64,000 nt of DNA, taken from Flavobacterium sp. (GTDB lineage: Bacteria > Bacteroidota > Bacteroidia > Flavobacteriales > Flavobacteriaceae). Of the stretch, positions 1 through 10,700 are shown piece after piece. The position numbers were made by a program, and so were the translations under genes. The notes below the pieces were generated by a model, which made no database searches, was not told where the DNA came from, and saw only the letters and a program-made list of their open reading frames with translations. Numbering within the stretch: the first letter of the stretch is position 1; each line of letters begins with the position of its first letter. Location of the stretch: positions 42,258 to 106,257 of the forward strand of contig NZ_JAMWYY010000002.1 in NCBI RefSeq assembly GCF_024305175.1. Direction: 5' to 3'.

Positions 1-1237
1 CTTTTGCCTCGTCGCGGTTGGCAGGTACGGGAATATAAAACCCTTTTCCTTTCTCCCATGAAAATGACATCCCGACAAGCTCTGCAGTAAGGGCACATAT
101 CCCGGTAGTTTCGGTGTCAAAGCTCACGCTCTTTTGCTGCATCATGTCGCGCATTAAAAGGCTTATACCCATATTGCCCTGCACTACCTGGTAATTATGG
201 TCGTACGTATCAATCTTTTTGTAAAATCCGGGGTCAAACTGGGCATGCTCATCTGCTGCACCTTCATTAAAAAGAGAAAACTGCTGGTCCTGTTTTGTAA
301 TTGTTTTCGTGGGCGTATAACCTTGTGTGTTGATTTCGTCGAACTCCTCGCCATGTGAGAACAGCTTATGGAACTGCTCTGCCATCCTCCTGAACTCCAG
401 CTCCTGGAAAAGGGCTTCCACTTTTTCGGTGTCAGGCTTGCTCAGTTCATAATCATGCTCATCAAAGGTTACATTACAATCGGTAATAATAGTGGCTAAC
501 TTTTTAGATAAAATGCCCTTTTCGGCATTTGCCTCTATGTTCTCCTTCATTTTACCTTTAAGCTGATGCGTGTTGGCCAGCAGGTTCTCCATAGAGCCGT
601 ATTCTTTCAGTAGTTTTTTGGCGGTTTTTTCGCCTACACCCGGCAATCCCGGAATATTATCTACAGCATCGCCCATCATGCCCAGAAAATCGATTACCTG
701 TTCGGGACGCTCAATTTCAAAACGCTCAAGTACTTCCGGCACGCCCCAAATCTCTATACCGTTACCCATACGTGCGGGGCGGTACATAAATATATTTTCG
801 CTTACAAGCTGTGCAAAATCTTTATCAGGTGTTACCATATATACCTGGTAGCCCTGCTTCTCTGCCTGTTTTGCAACAGTGCCTATAAGGTCGTCTGCCT
901 CGCAGCCCGCCATTTCTATAACGGGTATGTGCATGGCTTTAAGTATGTCCTGTATATACGGAATGGCAATTTTTATGGCTTCGGGTGTTTCGTCCCGGTG
1001 CCCTTTGTAGTCGGCAAACATTTCGGTACGCACTGCGCTGCCTTCTTTATCAAAAGCAACGGCAAGGTGGTCGGGCCGCTCCCGTTTTATAACATCCAGC
1101 AAAGAGTTCATGAAACCCATAATGGCAGAGGTATCCATGCCTTTGGAGTTTATCCTCGGGTTTTTAATAAATGCATAATAGCCGCGGAATATTAGCGCAT
1201 AGGCATCGAGCAGGAAAAGTCGTTTTTGCTGTGACAT
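1..1237 (-). CDS. polA: DNA polymerase I, N-terminal ~412 codons (gene continues beyond window start)
   Basis: The minus-strand frame is open from the window edge to the ATG at 1235-1237. It is absent from the ORF track because it is truncated. My translation reads MSQQKRLFLLDAYALIFRGYYAF...DNIPGLPGVGEKTAKKLL (5'-3' exonuclease/FEN plus HhH), then VSFDTETTG (3'-5' exo ExoI motif). The plus-strand ORFs at 570-851 and 929-1195 lie inside it and are spurious. Confidence 0.9.
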   Translation of the reverse strand, partial: MSQQKRLFLLDAYALIFRGYYAFIKNPRINSKGMDTSAIMGFMNSLLDVIKRERPDHLAVAFDKEGSAVRTEMFADYKGHRDETPEAIKIAIPYIQDILKAMHIPVIEMAGCEADDLIGTVAKQAEKQGYQVYMVTPDKDFAQLVSENIFMYRPARMGNGIEIWGVPEVLERFEIERPEQVIDFLGMMGDAVDNIPGLPGVGEKTAKKLLKEYGSMENLLANTHQLKGKMKENIEANAEKGILSKKLATIITDCNVTFDEHDYELSKPDTEKVEALFQELEFRRMAEQFHKLFSHGEEFDEINTQGYTPTKTITKQDQQFSLFNEGAADEHAQFDPGFYKKIDTYDHNYQVVQGNMGISLLMRDMMQQKSVSFDTETTGICALTAELVGMSFSWEKGKGFYIPVPANRDEAK

Positions 1238-1301
1238 GAAAAATTTATTTGCCTGTAAAAATAAGCAAACCCGCTTTAATAGCCATGCGTTGCAACAGGT
1301 A

Positions 1302-1880
1302 TTACTTTACATACCCTGCCAGTTGCTTAACCATTTGCTCTGCTGTTTTGTCATACTCCTTGCGGTATTTTTCCAGCAGCTCTTCTTTTGGGGTGTCTTT
1401 GCCTTTGGCGTGGCCTTCCCATAATACGGTTAATGATGCAAACGGTGGCAGCCCTATACCCAAAGCATTATAAAAATTGGCAGTATTGGCAATAATATGC
1501 TCTGCTCCATCGCTGTCGCCCGTTACTATAATACCTCCTGCTTTGCCTTGTAGTTTAGATGTATTGCCTTCCATAATTTCATCATGAAGCTCATCCATCC
1601 TTTCAATTACCATTTGCATCTGAGAAGAATGGTTGCCCCACCAAACCGGGGTTGCAAATACAATTATATCGGCTGACAGTACTTTTTCAAGTATGGCAGG
1701 CCATTCGTCCCCATCACCCATGTCAGAATAAGTACCGGGAAGAATAGTATGATTGACAAGCTTGATGATCTCGCTCTCAATATTTTGTTTTTTAAGATGC
1801 TCCGCAAAAAATTCACTAAGGGTTTCGGTATTGCTGTTGCCTTCTTTTTTAAGGGTTGCCAGTAGTATAACTGCTTTCAT
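1302..1880 (-). CDS. Flavodoxin-like fold NAD(P)H-dependent FMN reductase family protein
   Basis: 192 aa. MKAVILLATLKKEGNSNT... followed by IVFATPVWWGNHS is typical of the FMN_red/flavodoxin-like oxidoreductase fold. Confidence 0.65.
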   Translation of the reverse strand: MKAVILLATLKKEGNSNTETLSEFFAEHLKKQNIESEIIKLVNHTILPGTYSDMGDGDEWPAILEKVLSADIIVFATPVWWGNHSSQMQMVIERMDELHDEIMEGNTSKLQGKAGGIIVTGDSDGAEHIIANTANFYNALGIGLPPFASLTVLWEGHAKGKDTPKEELLEKYRKEYDKTAEQMVKQLAGYVK

Positions 1881-2069
1881 ATCAAATGGTTATTTCGTTA
1901 TCTTTCAAAGATAGCCAACTGTTTGTAAAGAAAATCTTAATATAAAGGTATTTATATCCTAATATTATTCGCGGTAACAAAATCAGGACATATTCGTTTA
2001 TATCTTTGCTGACAGCAATTAACGGCACGTTTTGTGCTAAATATCAGTATCACTTTTAGGAAAGAACAT

Positions 2070-3299
2070 ATGTTTCGCTGGATATTATTTTTTGTTTTCG
2101 TTGTCTTGGTTGAGGTATATGCATTTCAGGCTATACGCACCGTAACAAGGCTGAGATGGGTGCTTTATGCCTACCAGATCATTTCTTTTATCATCATTAT
2201 GTATATTGCCTACTCCTTTACGCAGTTTGACAGGAGTGTGGGGCAAAACAAGCAGACACTCTTTACATTCGGGTTGTTGCTGCTTACCTATGTGCCCAAA
2301 ATGGTTATTGCCGTTGTAATGTTTGGTGAAGATATAGTGCGCTTTTTCTTCGGACTTATGCGCGAATTTCTGGGTAACAGCAATGAGTCGTTCCTTATCG
2401 AGAGGCGTAAGTTTGTGAGCCAGGCGGCGCTTGGCCTGGCAGCAATTCCGTTTGTATCATTGCTGTACGGAATGACAAAAGGTAAGTATAACTTCCAAGT
2501 AAGAAAAAAGACACTTTATTTTGCCGACCTGCCCGAGAGTTTTGACGGTATGACCATCACGCAGATATCGGATGTCCACAGCGGCAGCTTTGATAACCCC
2601 GATGAAATAAGCCATGCCATAGACCTTATCAATCAGCAAAAATCGGACATCATTCTTTTTACAGGCGATATAGTAAATACCCACGCCGAAGAAATGCACC
2701 CCTGGATAGAAACTTTTAAGCGTATTGAGAATCCGCCGCTTGGGAAATACTCTGTACTGGGCAACCATGATTATGGCGAGTATGTAACCTGGCCTACCAA
2801 TAAAGATAAAGAAGATAACTTTAACGCTATTAAAGACCTGCACCGCCAGATAGACTTTAAGCTTCTTCTTAATGAGCATGTTAAGCTTGAAAGGGACGGC
2901 CAGCAAATAGCCCTTGTGGGTGTAGAGAACTGGGGGCATAACTTTAAAAAGGCAGGCGACCTGGGTAAAGCATCTGAAGGCTTAACGCCAAATGATTTTA
3001 AGATATTAATGAGCCACGACCCTTCGCATTGGGAAATGGAGGTAAAGCAAAGCCATAATAATTATCACCTTACCCTGAGCGGGCACACACACGGCTTACA
3101 GTTTGGTATAGAGATACCGGGGCTTATAAAATGGAGCCCTGTGCAGTATATATACAAGCAATGGGCAGGGCTTTATGAGCATGTGGGTCGGTATATATAT
3201 GTTAATCGCGGTTTTGGCTTTCATGCCTACCCGGGTAGGGTGGGTATATGGCCCGAGATTACTGTGCTGGAACTAAAAAAAGGCGAAAAAATAGCGTAG
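2070..3299 (+). CDS. Membrane-anchored metallophosphoesterase (calcineurin-like)
   Basis: Hydrophobic N-terminal half with several TM segments. The phosphoesterase motifs are present: ISDVHSG, FTGDIVN, GNHDYG, SHDPSH and SGHTHG. The ORF track starts at GTG 2034; I prefer ATG 2070 (MFRWILFF...). Confidence 0.75.
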   Translation: MFRWILFFVFVVLVEVYAFQAIRTVTRLRWVLYAYQIISFIIIMYIAYSFTQFDRSVGQNKQTLFTFGLLLLTYVPKMVIAVVMFGEDIVRFFFGLMREFLGNSNESFLIERRKFVSQAALGLAAIPFVSLLYGMTKGKYNFQVRKKTLYFADLPESFDGMTITQISDVHSGSFDNPDEISHAIDLINQQKSDIILFTGDIVNTHAEEMHPWIETFKRIENPPLGKYSVLGNHDYGEYVTWPTNKDKEDNFNAIKDLHRQIDFKLLLNEHVKLERDGQQIALVGVENWGHNFKKAGDLGKASEGLTPNDFKILMSHDPSHWEMEVKQSHNNYHLTLSGHTHGLQFGIEIPGLIKWSPVQYIYKQWAGLYEHVGRYIYVNRGFGFHAYPGRVGIWPEITVLELKKGEKIA

Positions 3300-3373
3300 G
3301 TTGATAAAATTGTTATATTTGTGTAGTTTTAATCGGAATACAAAAGCTTTTTGGTCGGTTTAAATTTAAATTT

Positions 3374-3670
3374 ATGTCAAAATTCGGCGAATTAATCAAC
3401 TCAAAGGTACCGGTCCTTATTGATTTTTACACAGAGTGGAACGAGCCTTCGGTTTCGATGCATCCTGTAATGCGCGACGTTGCCGCAGCGCTTGGCGACA
3501 GGGCGAAAGTGATAAAAATTGATGTGGACAAAAACCAGGAACTGGCCGATGCCCTAAGGATAAAAGGGCTTCCTACATTAATGATATACAAAGACGGGCA
3601 AATGGTATGGAGGCAATCGGGCGAGCTTGATGCCAATACTATTATTGCACTGGTACAGGAACAGCTTTAG
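3374..3670 (+). CDS. Thioredoxin-fold protein lacking the CxxC active site
   Basis: 98 aa with thioredoxin layout: VLIDFYTEW..., the cis-Pro motif GLPTLMIYKDG, and a C-terminal helix. WCGPC is replaced by WNEPS at residues 22-26, nt 3437-3451. Confidence 0.75.
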   Translation: MSKFGELINSKVPVLIDFYTEWNEPSVSMHPVMRDVAAALGDRAKVIKIDVDKNQELADALRIKGLPTLMIYKDGQMVWRQSGELDANTIIALVQEQL

Positions 3671-4350
3671 TTTATCCTGTCAAAAACAAATCCTTTTTCT
3701 TTCAGGTATTTTATACTTTCCGGCAGGGCATGCCTAAGGTTAGGGTATGCTTTTTCGCTATCATGAAATATAATGATACTGCCTTCGCGCGTGTTCCTTA
3801 TTACATTTTGCAGGCACTTTTCGGGCGTTATGTTCCTGTCAAAGTCGGCGCTTAGCACATCCCACATTATTATTCTGTAGCCCATACTGCGCACAGCTTT
3901 AGCCTGTGCTCCCTTCATTTTGCCGTATGGCGGCCTGAAAAGCTTTTCAGTGCCATTTGGATACAGCTTATCTATAATACTTTCTGTAGCTATCGTATTG
4001 TCAAGATATGTATCGTTTTTGGTATTCCACCCGTTAAGGTGGTTATAAGTATGGTTACCTATGGTGTGGCCTGCTGCAATTACTTTTTTAAATAGTTCAG
4101 GATGCTTTTCTATATTATTCCCGATACAAAAAAAAGTAGCCTTTATGTTATGCTCTGCAAGTACTTCAAGTACCCATTCTGTAACTTGCGGGGTAGGGCC
4201 GTCATCAAAAGTAAGGTATATCTTTTTTTCATGGTTGGGTATGCTCCATACAAAGCCGGAGAACCATTTTTTAATCAGCAGGTTTGTTTTTACCCAGTAC
4301 ATTTTCATAAGCCAAGCTAAAAAAGAATGCAGTACTAAAAAGTACTGCAT
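3667..4350 (-). CDS. Polysaccharide deacetylase (CE4/NodB family)
   Basis: All CE4 catalytic motifs are present: TFDDGP, GNHTYNH, RPPYG, WDV and IIIFHD. The true start may be the internal MKMYW (about nt 4308). The stop overlaps the convergent thioredoxin-like gene by 4 nt. Confidence 0.8.
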   Translation of the reverse strand: MQYFLVLHSFLAWLMKMYWVKTNLLIKKWFSGFVWSIPNHEKKIYLTFDDGPTPQVTEWVLEVLAEHNIKATFFCIGNNIEKHPELFKKVIAAGHTIGNHTYNHLNGWNTKNDTYLDNTIATESIIDKLYPNGTEKLFRPPYGKMKGAQAKAVRSMGYRIIMWDVLSADFDRNITPEKCLQNVIRNTREGSIIIFHDSEKAYPNLRHALPESIKYLKEKGFVFDRIN

Positions 4351-4377
4351 CCAAATTTAATAATTCCTGTTTGATTG

Positions 4378-7300
4378 TTATTCGCTTTCGCGTTTAAAGC
4401 GTTCAAACATTTTGTTATACTTATTAAAATCTGCTTTTTCCTTATTATACATTTCCATATCGCCCTCTTCTTTCATGATAAGCAGCAGGCTCCTGTAGCG
4501 CTCAATATCGGTAATGATATCAATATGGTAATCGTTTTGCTCTGATATCTTTAAGCTGTTAAAGAAGGTAAGGCTTTGCTGGTATTTACCAATAAGCGTT
4601 TCAAGCAGTTTTCTTGCGGCTTGTTTATTACCTGTTTGGTAGTAGCCGGATGCAAATGGCTCCAGCAGGGTATAATAACCATAGTATTCTACAGGCATTT
4701 TTTCCATGGCAAGGTCTATTATCTTTTTTGCCTTGTCGTCTTTGCCTTCTTCAATAAGTTTTTCCATCAGCCTTGCAAGGTTGGTACGGTAGGTTATACT
4801 GTTCTTCCTTGTTTCAGGGTCATGATAAATATCGTGGCTGCCACTGTTACCCCAGTCCCATGACATTACAATGTCATACATCTTTTCGGTGTCAATGTAA
4901 CCCATATCAAGCGGGCTTCCATCTTCCGGTATCGGAGAGCGGAAAGGTACCAGCTTAAACACAAGGCCATCCAGTTGCAGGTAATCTTTCATCCAAAGGT
5001 AATCGTCATCACCAAAGCTGCCTCCTGTAAAATAGATAGGGCGTTTCCAGTCGTTATTAGCCAGTATATCCAGCATCATAAGGCGGTTCTTGTAAAGTGC
5101 ATCGCCTTTAATGTTTATATCGATATACGGCACTATAGAGTCATACATGGCAGGGTTAACCGATTTGCTTTTTATAACATTTTCACGGTTAACATTAAGC
5201 CTTATTTTGTTTGTCCTGTAGTAGTTTACACTGTGGCCGTTGTTCAGTTCTTTTTTGGTGCGCGGGTCGTCCGATTTTATAAAGTCAAGAAATTGCTTTA
5301 TATCCCACCTTGCGTCTGTTTCCGGTATGTACAGCATGTAATCGCGTGTACCCTGCACATATTGGTCGTGCGTGAATGATATCGGCATAGGCTCGCTCTC
5401 ATACGCCTTGCGCTTCATCTGGTCGATATACCAATCGGTCATGAACAAGCTGGTGTTAACAATGCGGATATCGGTACGGAAGCCCTCTACCTCCTGTGCA
5501 TACCACAACGGGAAGGTGTCGTTATCGCCAATAGTAAAGAGTATGGCGTTTGGTTCGCATGATGAAAGGTAGGCTTTTGCCATTGCAAGTGCTGTGTAAC
5601 GCCCTGAGCGGTCATGGTCATCCCAGTTTTGAGAACCCATAAGTACAGGCGCAGCCAAAAGGCATACTACTGTTACTAAAGGCGCAGCAACTTTTGCAGA
5701 AATATATTTTGAGATACCCTCAAATATGGCATAAACGCCGAAGCCAATCCAGATGCAGAACACAAAGAAAGAGCCTACAAGCGCATAATCCCTTTCGCGT
5801 GGTTCAAACGGACGCTCGTTAAGGTATATTTTAAGCGCAAGCCCGGTAAACAGGAACAGTACCAGCAATACATAAAAGCTCTTTAAATCTTTAAATGCAT
5901 GGTAGCCTAAACCTATAAGCCCCAGTATAAGCGGCAGCATGTAGTACACATTACGGCCTTTGTTTTCTTTCTGGTCATCTGTAAGCTCATCCTGGTTGCC
6001 CAGCCTTATGCTGTCATAAGCTTTAATGCCGCTTATCCAGTTACCGTCAAGGTTGTCATAACGCCCCTGTATGTCATTCTGCCTTCCGGCGAAATTCCAT
6101 AAAAAGTATCTCAGGTACATATAATCGAACTGGTACACGAACATATACTTCATGTTATCCATGAACGATGGCTTCTCTACAAGCAGGTACTGCCCGTAGG
6201 TAGTAAGGAATTTATTATAATCTTCTATATCTGCCTGCCCTGAGCGGAAAGCAGCCTTAAAGTTGCTTACTTCCTCTTCAAGTCCGCCCCTTATCTGGTT
6301 TACCGCCTGTGCATAATCTTCCGGGCTTAATACTTCCGGGTCAACGCCATACTGCATCAGTTCCCTGTCATAATCAATATTCGGGTCTATCCTGAAATCT
6401 AACGTGTTAGAGAAACGCATGTAGTTAGCGGCATGGTCGGCACTCCACATACGCGGCATAAAGCCTTTGTGGCGGTCATCCGTATTTTGCTTGGCGTTCT
6501 TGTAATTATTTACAATTACATACTTACCCGTTTTATAATCCCTCTGGTAGTTGGGCTTTTCATCTTCATACGGATTTACCGGGTCTAACCCTGCATAAGC
6601 ATCAGAATACATTGGGCCATAGAAAAGCTTTTGCTCACCATACTGCTCCCTGTTGTAGTAGGCCAGTACCTCGGCAGCATCCGAAGGCTTGTTCTCATTA
6701 ATAACCACGTTGGCGTTAGCCCTTATCGGCAGCATCATCCAGGTAGAAAAACCTATAAGGATGAACAGTATGCAAAGCAATAGGGTGTTATAAAAAGGTA
6801 ACTGCTTTTTTTGTGTATATCGTAATCCGAAATAAAAGAAGGCTATGATAACAAGGGCTATAAATATGGTGCCCGAGTTGAATGGCAGCCCCATATTGTT
6901 TACCATGAATATTTCGGTTTTACCGAAAAGTGCCATTGTATAAGGCAATAAAAGCTTAAATATAAAAAGTAATATAGCTACAATAACCACATTGGCAATA
7001 AGGAAATTCTTTACAGTAACATCGCGGTAATTCTTAAAGAAGTAGATAAAGCCTATGGCAGGTATAGCAAGCAACGCCATAAAGTGCACACCGAACGAAA
7101 GTCCCGTTACCAGCGAAATGATAAGCAGCCACCTGTTGCCGCGCGGCGTGTGCATATCCTGCTCCCAGCGCAGGCCAAGCCAGAAAAGCAACGCGATGAA
7201 TAATGATGCCATGGCATATACCTCTGCCTCTGTGGCATTAAACCAGAAGCTGTCAGAAAATGTAAAGGCAAGCGCACCTGTAGCCGCAGCGCCCAAAATA

Positions 7301-7659
7301 GCTGCTGCACTGTTATTATTAAATTCTGAAAAACGCTCTGTAATGGTGCGAAGCAATATAGTTAGCGACCAGAACAGGAACAATATGGTAAATGCACTGG
7401 AAACCACCGATACCATATTAACCATAAGTGCAACCGTATCCGGGCCTGTGGCAAACATGGCAAAGAAAGCACCCATCATCTGGAAAAGCGGCGCTCCCGG
7501 TGGGTGGCCCACTTCCAGTTTGGCGGCGGTTGCTATATATTCGCCGCAATCCCAAAAGCTAAGAGTAGGTTCAACGGTTACAGAATATACTATCAGTGCT
7601 ATGGCAAAAACAGTCCAGCCAAGCACGGTATTCCATTTTTTAAAGTTGAATGTTACCAT
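4378..7659 (-). CDS. DUF2723 / glycosyltransferase family 117-like GT-C membrane protein, paralogue B
   Basis: 1093 aa. Multi-TM N-terminal region with the loop motif EPTLSFWDCGEY...GHPPGAPL, a second TM cluster, and a large soluble C-terminal part with TPR-like helices. Colinear with the upstream paralogue. Confidence 0.75.
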   Translation of the reverse strand: MVTFNFKKWNTVLGWTVFAIALIVYSVTVEPTLSFWDCGEYIATAAKLEVGHPPGAPLFQMMGAFFAMFATGPDTVALMVNMVSVVSSAFTILFLFWSLTILLRTITERFSEFNNNSAAAILGAAATGALAFTFSDSFWFNATEAEVYAMASLFIALLFWLGLRWEQDMHTPRGNRWLLIISLVTGLSFGVHFMALLAIPAIGFIYFFKNYRDVTVKNFLIANVVIVAILLFIFKLLLPYTMALFGKTEIFMVNNMGLPFNSGTIFIALVIIAFFYFGLRYTQKKQLPFYNTLLLCILFILIGFSTWMMLPIRANANVVINENKPSDAAEVLAYYNREQYGEQKLFYGPMYSDAYAGLDPVNPYEDEKPNYQRDYKTGKYVIVNNYKNAKQNTDDRHKGFMPRMWSADHAANYMRFSNTLDFRIDPNIDYDRELMQYGVDPEVLSPEDYAQAVNQIRGGLEEEVSNFKAAFRSGQADIEDYNKFLTTYGQYLLVEKPSFMDNMKYMFVYQFDYMYLRYFLWNFAGRQNDIQGRYDNLDGNWISGIKAYDSIRLGNQDELTDDQKENKGRNVYYMLPLILGLIGLGYHAFKDLKSFYVLLVLFLFTGLALKIYLNERPFEPRERDYALVGSFFVFCIWIGFGVYAIFEGISKYISAKVAAPLVTVVCLLAAPVLMGSQNWDDHDRSGRYTALAMAKAYLSSCEPNAILFTIGDNDTFPLWYAQEVEGFRTDIRIVNTSLFMTDWYIDQMKRKAYESEPMPISFTHDQYVQGTRDYMLYIPETDARWDIKQFLDFIKSDDPRTKKELNNGHSVNYYRTNKIRLNVNRENVIKSKSVNPAMYDSIVPYIDINIKGDALYKNRLMMLDILANNDWKRPIYFTGGSFGDDDYLWMKDYLQLDGLVFKLVPFRSPIPEDGSPLDMGYIDTEKMYDIVMSWDWGNSGSHDIYHDPETRKNSITYRTNLARLMEKLIEEGKDDKAKKIIDLAMEKMPVEYYGYYTLLEPFASGYYQTGNKQAARKLLETLIGKYQQSLTFFNSLKISEQNDYHIDIITDIERYRSLLLIMKEEGDMEMYNKEKADFNKYNKMFERFKRESE

Positions 7660-7750
7660 TTAAAATGATTTACAGTATGTGTATTTTAGTACTGCAAAGA
7701 AACTATTTTTTTGCGTAAGGTTTGGGTTCAGCGCTTTTTTTTATGCCTGC

Positions 7751-10700
7751 CTATTCATTTTTACGCCCAAACCGGCCGAACATTTTGTTGTAACGGTTAA
7801 ATTCTTCCTTGTGTTCCTCATAAAAAGAAAGGTCGTTATTCTCTTTCATGATAAGGAGTAAGCTCCTGTAACTTTCTATATCGCGTATTATGGTATAAAA
7901 CAGTTCATCCTGTAAAGGTGCCTTTAAGGATTTATAGTAAGTAAGGTTCTCTTGGTATTTCTGTACGAGTGTTGTCAACAGGTTCCTTGCTTTGGTTACA
8001 TTACCGGTACGGTAATAGCCATCGGCAAAATCTTTATCCATAAAATAGCTGCGGTAGCGTGCTACAGGCATTTTTTCCAGGGCAAGGTCAATAACTTTTT
8101 CAGCCTTTTCTGGGTTGCCTTCTTCAATAAGCGTATCTGAAAGGCGTGCAAGATTTGCTTTATAGCTAACGCCGGTGCGCAATGTTTGCGGGTCGAGGTA
8201 CACATCAGGGCTGTTGCTGTTGCCCCAGTCCCATTTCATTACAGTATCATACATTTTCTCCGAATGTACCCTGCCAAGCTCGAACGGGTTATCTTCCGGA
8301 TTCTCTGTCTTTACCGGAACGAGCCTGTAGGCCATGCCTTCCAGTTGCAGGTAGTTGTCCATCCATGCAAAATAATCGTCTTCGGGGCTGCCCCCGGTAA
8401 AGTAGATAGGGCGCTCCCAGTTATTGTTGTTGATAATATCCAGCATGATAAGGTTGTGCTTGTACAATACATCCGGGAGGTCTATGTCTATATAAGGAAC
8501 AATATCATCATAATAAGCCTCTAGTACTACCTTGTTTTTTATGATGGTTTGCTTGTTTACCGGAATGCGTATTTTGTTTGAAGGGTAGTAGTTTACCCTG
8601 TGCCCGTTTTGCAGCTCTACGGTAGCGCGTTCATCATCAAGCGATACAAACTCCATAAAGCTGGCAATACTCATCCTTTCATCTGTTTTTTTGTTGTAGA
8701 GCATGAAGTCGCGTGTGCCGTCCCTGTATTGGTCGTGCAGCAGCGTTATGGGCAAAGGGGTAGAATCATAAGCCTGGCGTTTCATCTGGTCTATATACCA
8801 GTCGGCAGGCAGGTACGTGGTGCATACCACCCTTACATCGGTACGGTAGTTTTCTATTTCCTGAGCATACCATAGGGGAAATGTGTCATTATCGCCAACA
8901 GTATATAAAATGGCATTTGGTGCGCAGGAATCAAGGCAGGCTTTTGCCATTGCCAGTGCGGTATAACGTTCGGAACGGTCATGGTCATCCCAGTTTTCAC
9001 GTGCCATTAAAACGGGGCAGCTAAGCAGCGTAATGGCAAATACTGCAGGAATGGCAACTTTAGGCTTTATAAATTTACCTGCAAACTGTAATAATGCAAA
9101 TACACCGAATCCTATCCAGATGGCGAAAACGTAGAAAGAGCCGACTAACACGTAATCCCTTTCGCGCACCTCAAAAGGGCTTTCGTTAAGGAATACTTTT
9201 ATAGCAAGGCTGCAAAACAGGAACAGCACTAAGAGCACGTAAAAGCTCTTAGCGTCTTTACGGGCATGATACAACAACCCAACAGCCCCAAGCAGCAACG
9301 GGATAAAAAAATACGTATTCCTTCCTTCATTATTAAGCATATCGGGGGCAAGCTTTTCCTGGTTACCAAGCCTTAGCCCGTCTATGGCTTTTATACCGCT
9401 AATCCAGTTTCCGTTAAGTATATCGGCTTTGCCCTGAATATCGTTTTGCCTTCCGGCGAAGTTCCACATAAAGTAACGCCAGTACATATAGCCAAACTGG
9501 TAGCTGAACATATAGCTGATATTCTGTATCAGCGTAGGCTTGTCAATAATCAGGTAGCGGCTGTAGTTTTTAAGGAACGAGTCAAGTTCCTCATTACCTG
9601 CATCACCTTTGCGGTATGCGGTTTTAAACTCCTGTATAATATTATCAAGTTCATTCCTCAAACCTGCTGCGGCTATAGCAGTATCTTCAGGGCTGAGTTC
9701 GGCTACATTAATGCCATAATAGGGCAGTTCACTCTCAAAATCATAGTTTGGGTTAACCCTGAAATCAGGCGCACCGGCATAAGCCATATAATTGGCAGCA
9801 TGCTTTTCTTTAGAGAGCCTCGGTAAAAATCCCTCATGGCTTCTGTCAAATTGCTGCTTTGCATTTTTATAGTTGTTTATTATAACATACTTTCCTGTTT
9901 TATAGTCCCTTTCATAGTTGGGCTTGGCATCTGTGTAGGGCATATCGGCATCAAGCCCGGCGTAGGCTTGTGTATACATTGGCCCATAAAATACTTTTTG
10001 CTCCGGGTATTGCTCACGGTTATAGTAAGCAAGCAGGTCGGCTGCATCTGTGGGCGGGTTTTCGTTAATGGTAATGCCCGAGTTTGCCCTTACCGGCAGC
10101 ATCATCCACGATGAAAAGCCTATGAACATAAACAGCAGGCACAGTACAAGGGTGTTATACAACGGAAGCTGCTTTTTGCGGGTATATCTTAATGCGTACC
10201 AAAACAGCAAGCCTACTGCGAGGGACATAAATACCGTACCTGAATTGAACGGAAGCCCCATGCTGTTTACCATAAATATTTCGGCTTTTGCAAAAAGAGC
10301 CATAGTGTAGGGCAGGAGCATCATAAAAACAAACAACAGTATGCCTGTAACGGCTATGTTGGCAACAGCAAAATTTTTAAAAGTTATTTTTTCATAGTTT
10401 TTAAAATAATAAATAAGCCCTATTGCAGGTATGGTTAGCAATGCCAAAAAGTGCACCCCGAAAGAAAGCCCGGTAAGCATTGCTATCAGCAGCAGCCAGC
10501 GGTTGCCGTTTTGCGTGTGCATGGCTTCGCCCCAGCGCAGCCCTGCCCAAAAGAGCATGGCTATAAATAATGATGCCATAGCATATACTTCGGCTTCGGT
10601 GGCATTAAACCAAAAGCTGTCGGTAAAGATAAAAGTAAGGCAACCTGTTGCCGCACTGCCCAATATGGCTATACTGTTTTGCTTGTGTGTATTTTTTAAT

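Noticed and set aside
570-1195. Plus-strand ORFs at 570-851 and 929-1195.
   Set aside because: They lie inside the minus-strand polA reading frame, which translates into an unmistakable 5'-3' exonuclease domain.
2034-2069. ORF-track alternative starts: GTG 2034, TTG 33024 and TTG 57504.
   Set aside because: Downstream ATG codons (2070, 33030, 57516) give N-termini that match the expected protein starts (a TM/signal segment, or the L24 MIKLKIK start). The upstream extensions add implausible residues.
7055-7663. 202-aa and 173-aa (10431-10952) ORFs antisense to the two GT117-like genes, and other antisense ORFs in the track such as 2457-2939, 12247-12711, 30173-30562, 35541-36044 and 52388-52660.
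   Set aside because: All are nested in strongly supported genes on the other strand. They have Ser/Ala/low-complexity composition and no recognisable domains. Two of them recur at equivalent positions in both paralogues simply because the paralogues share sequence.
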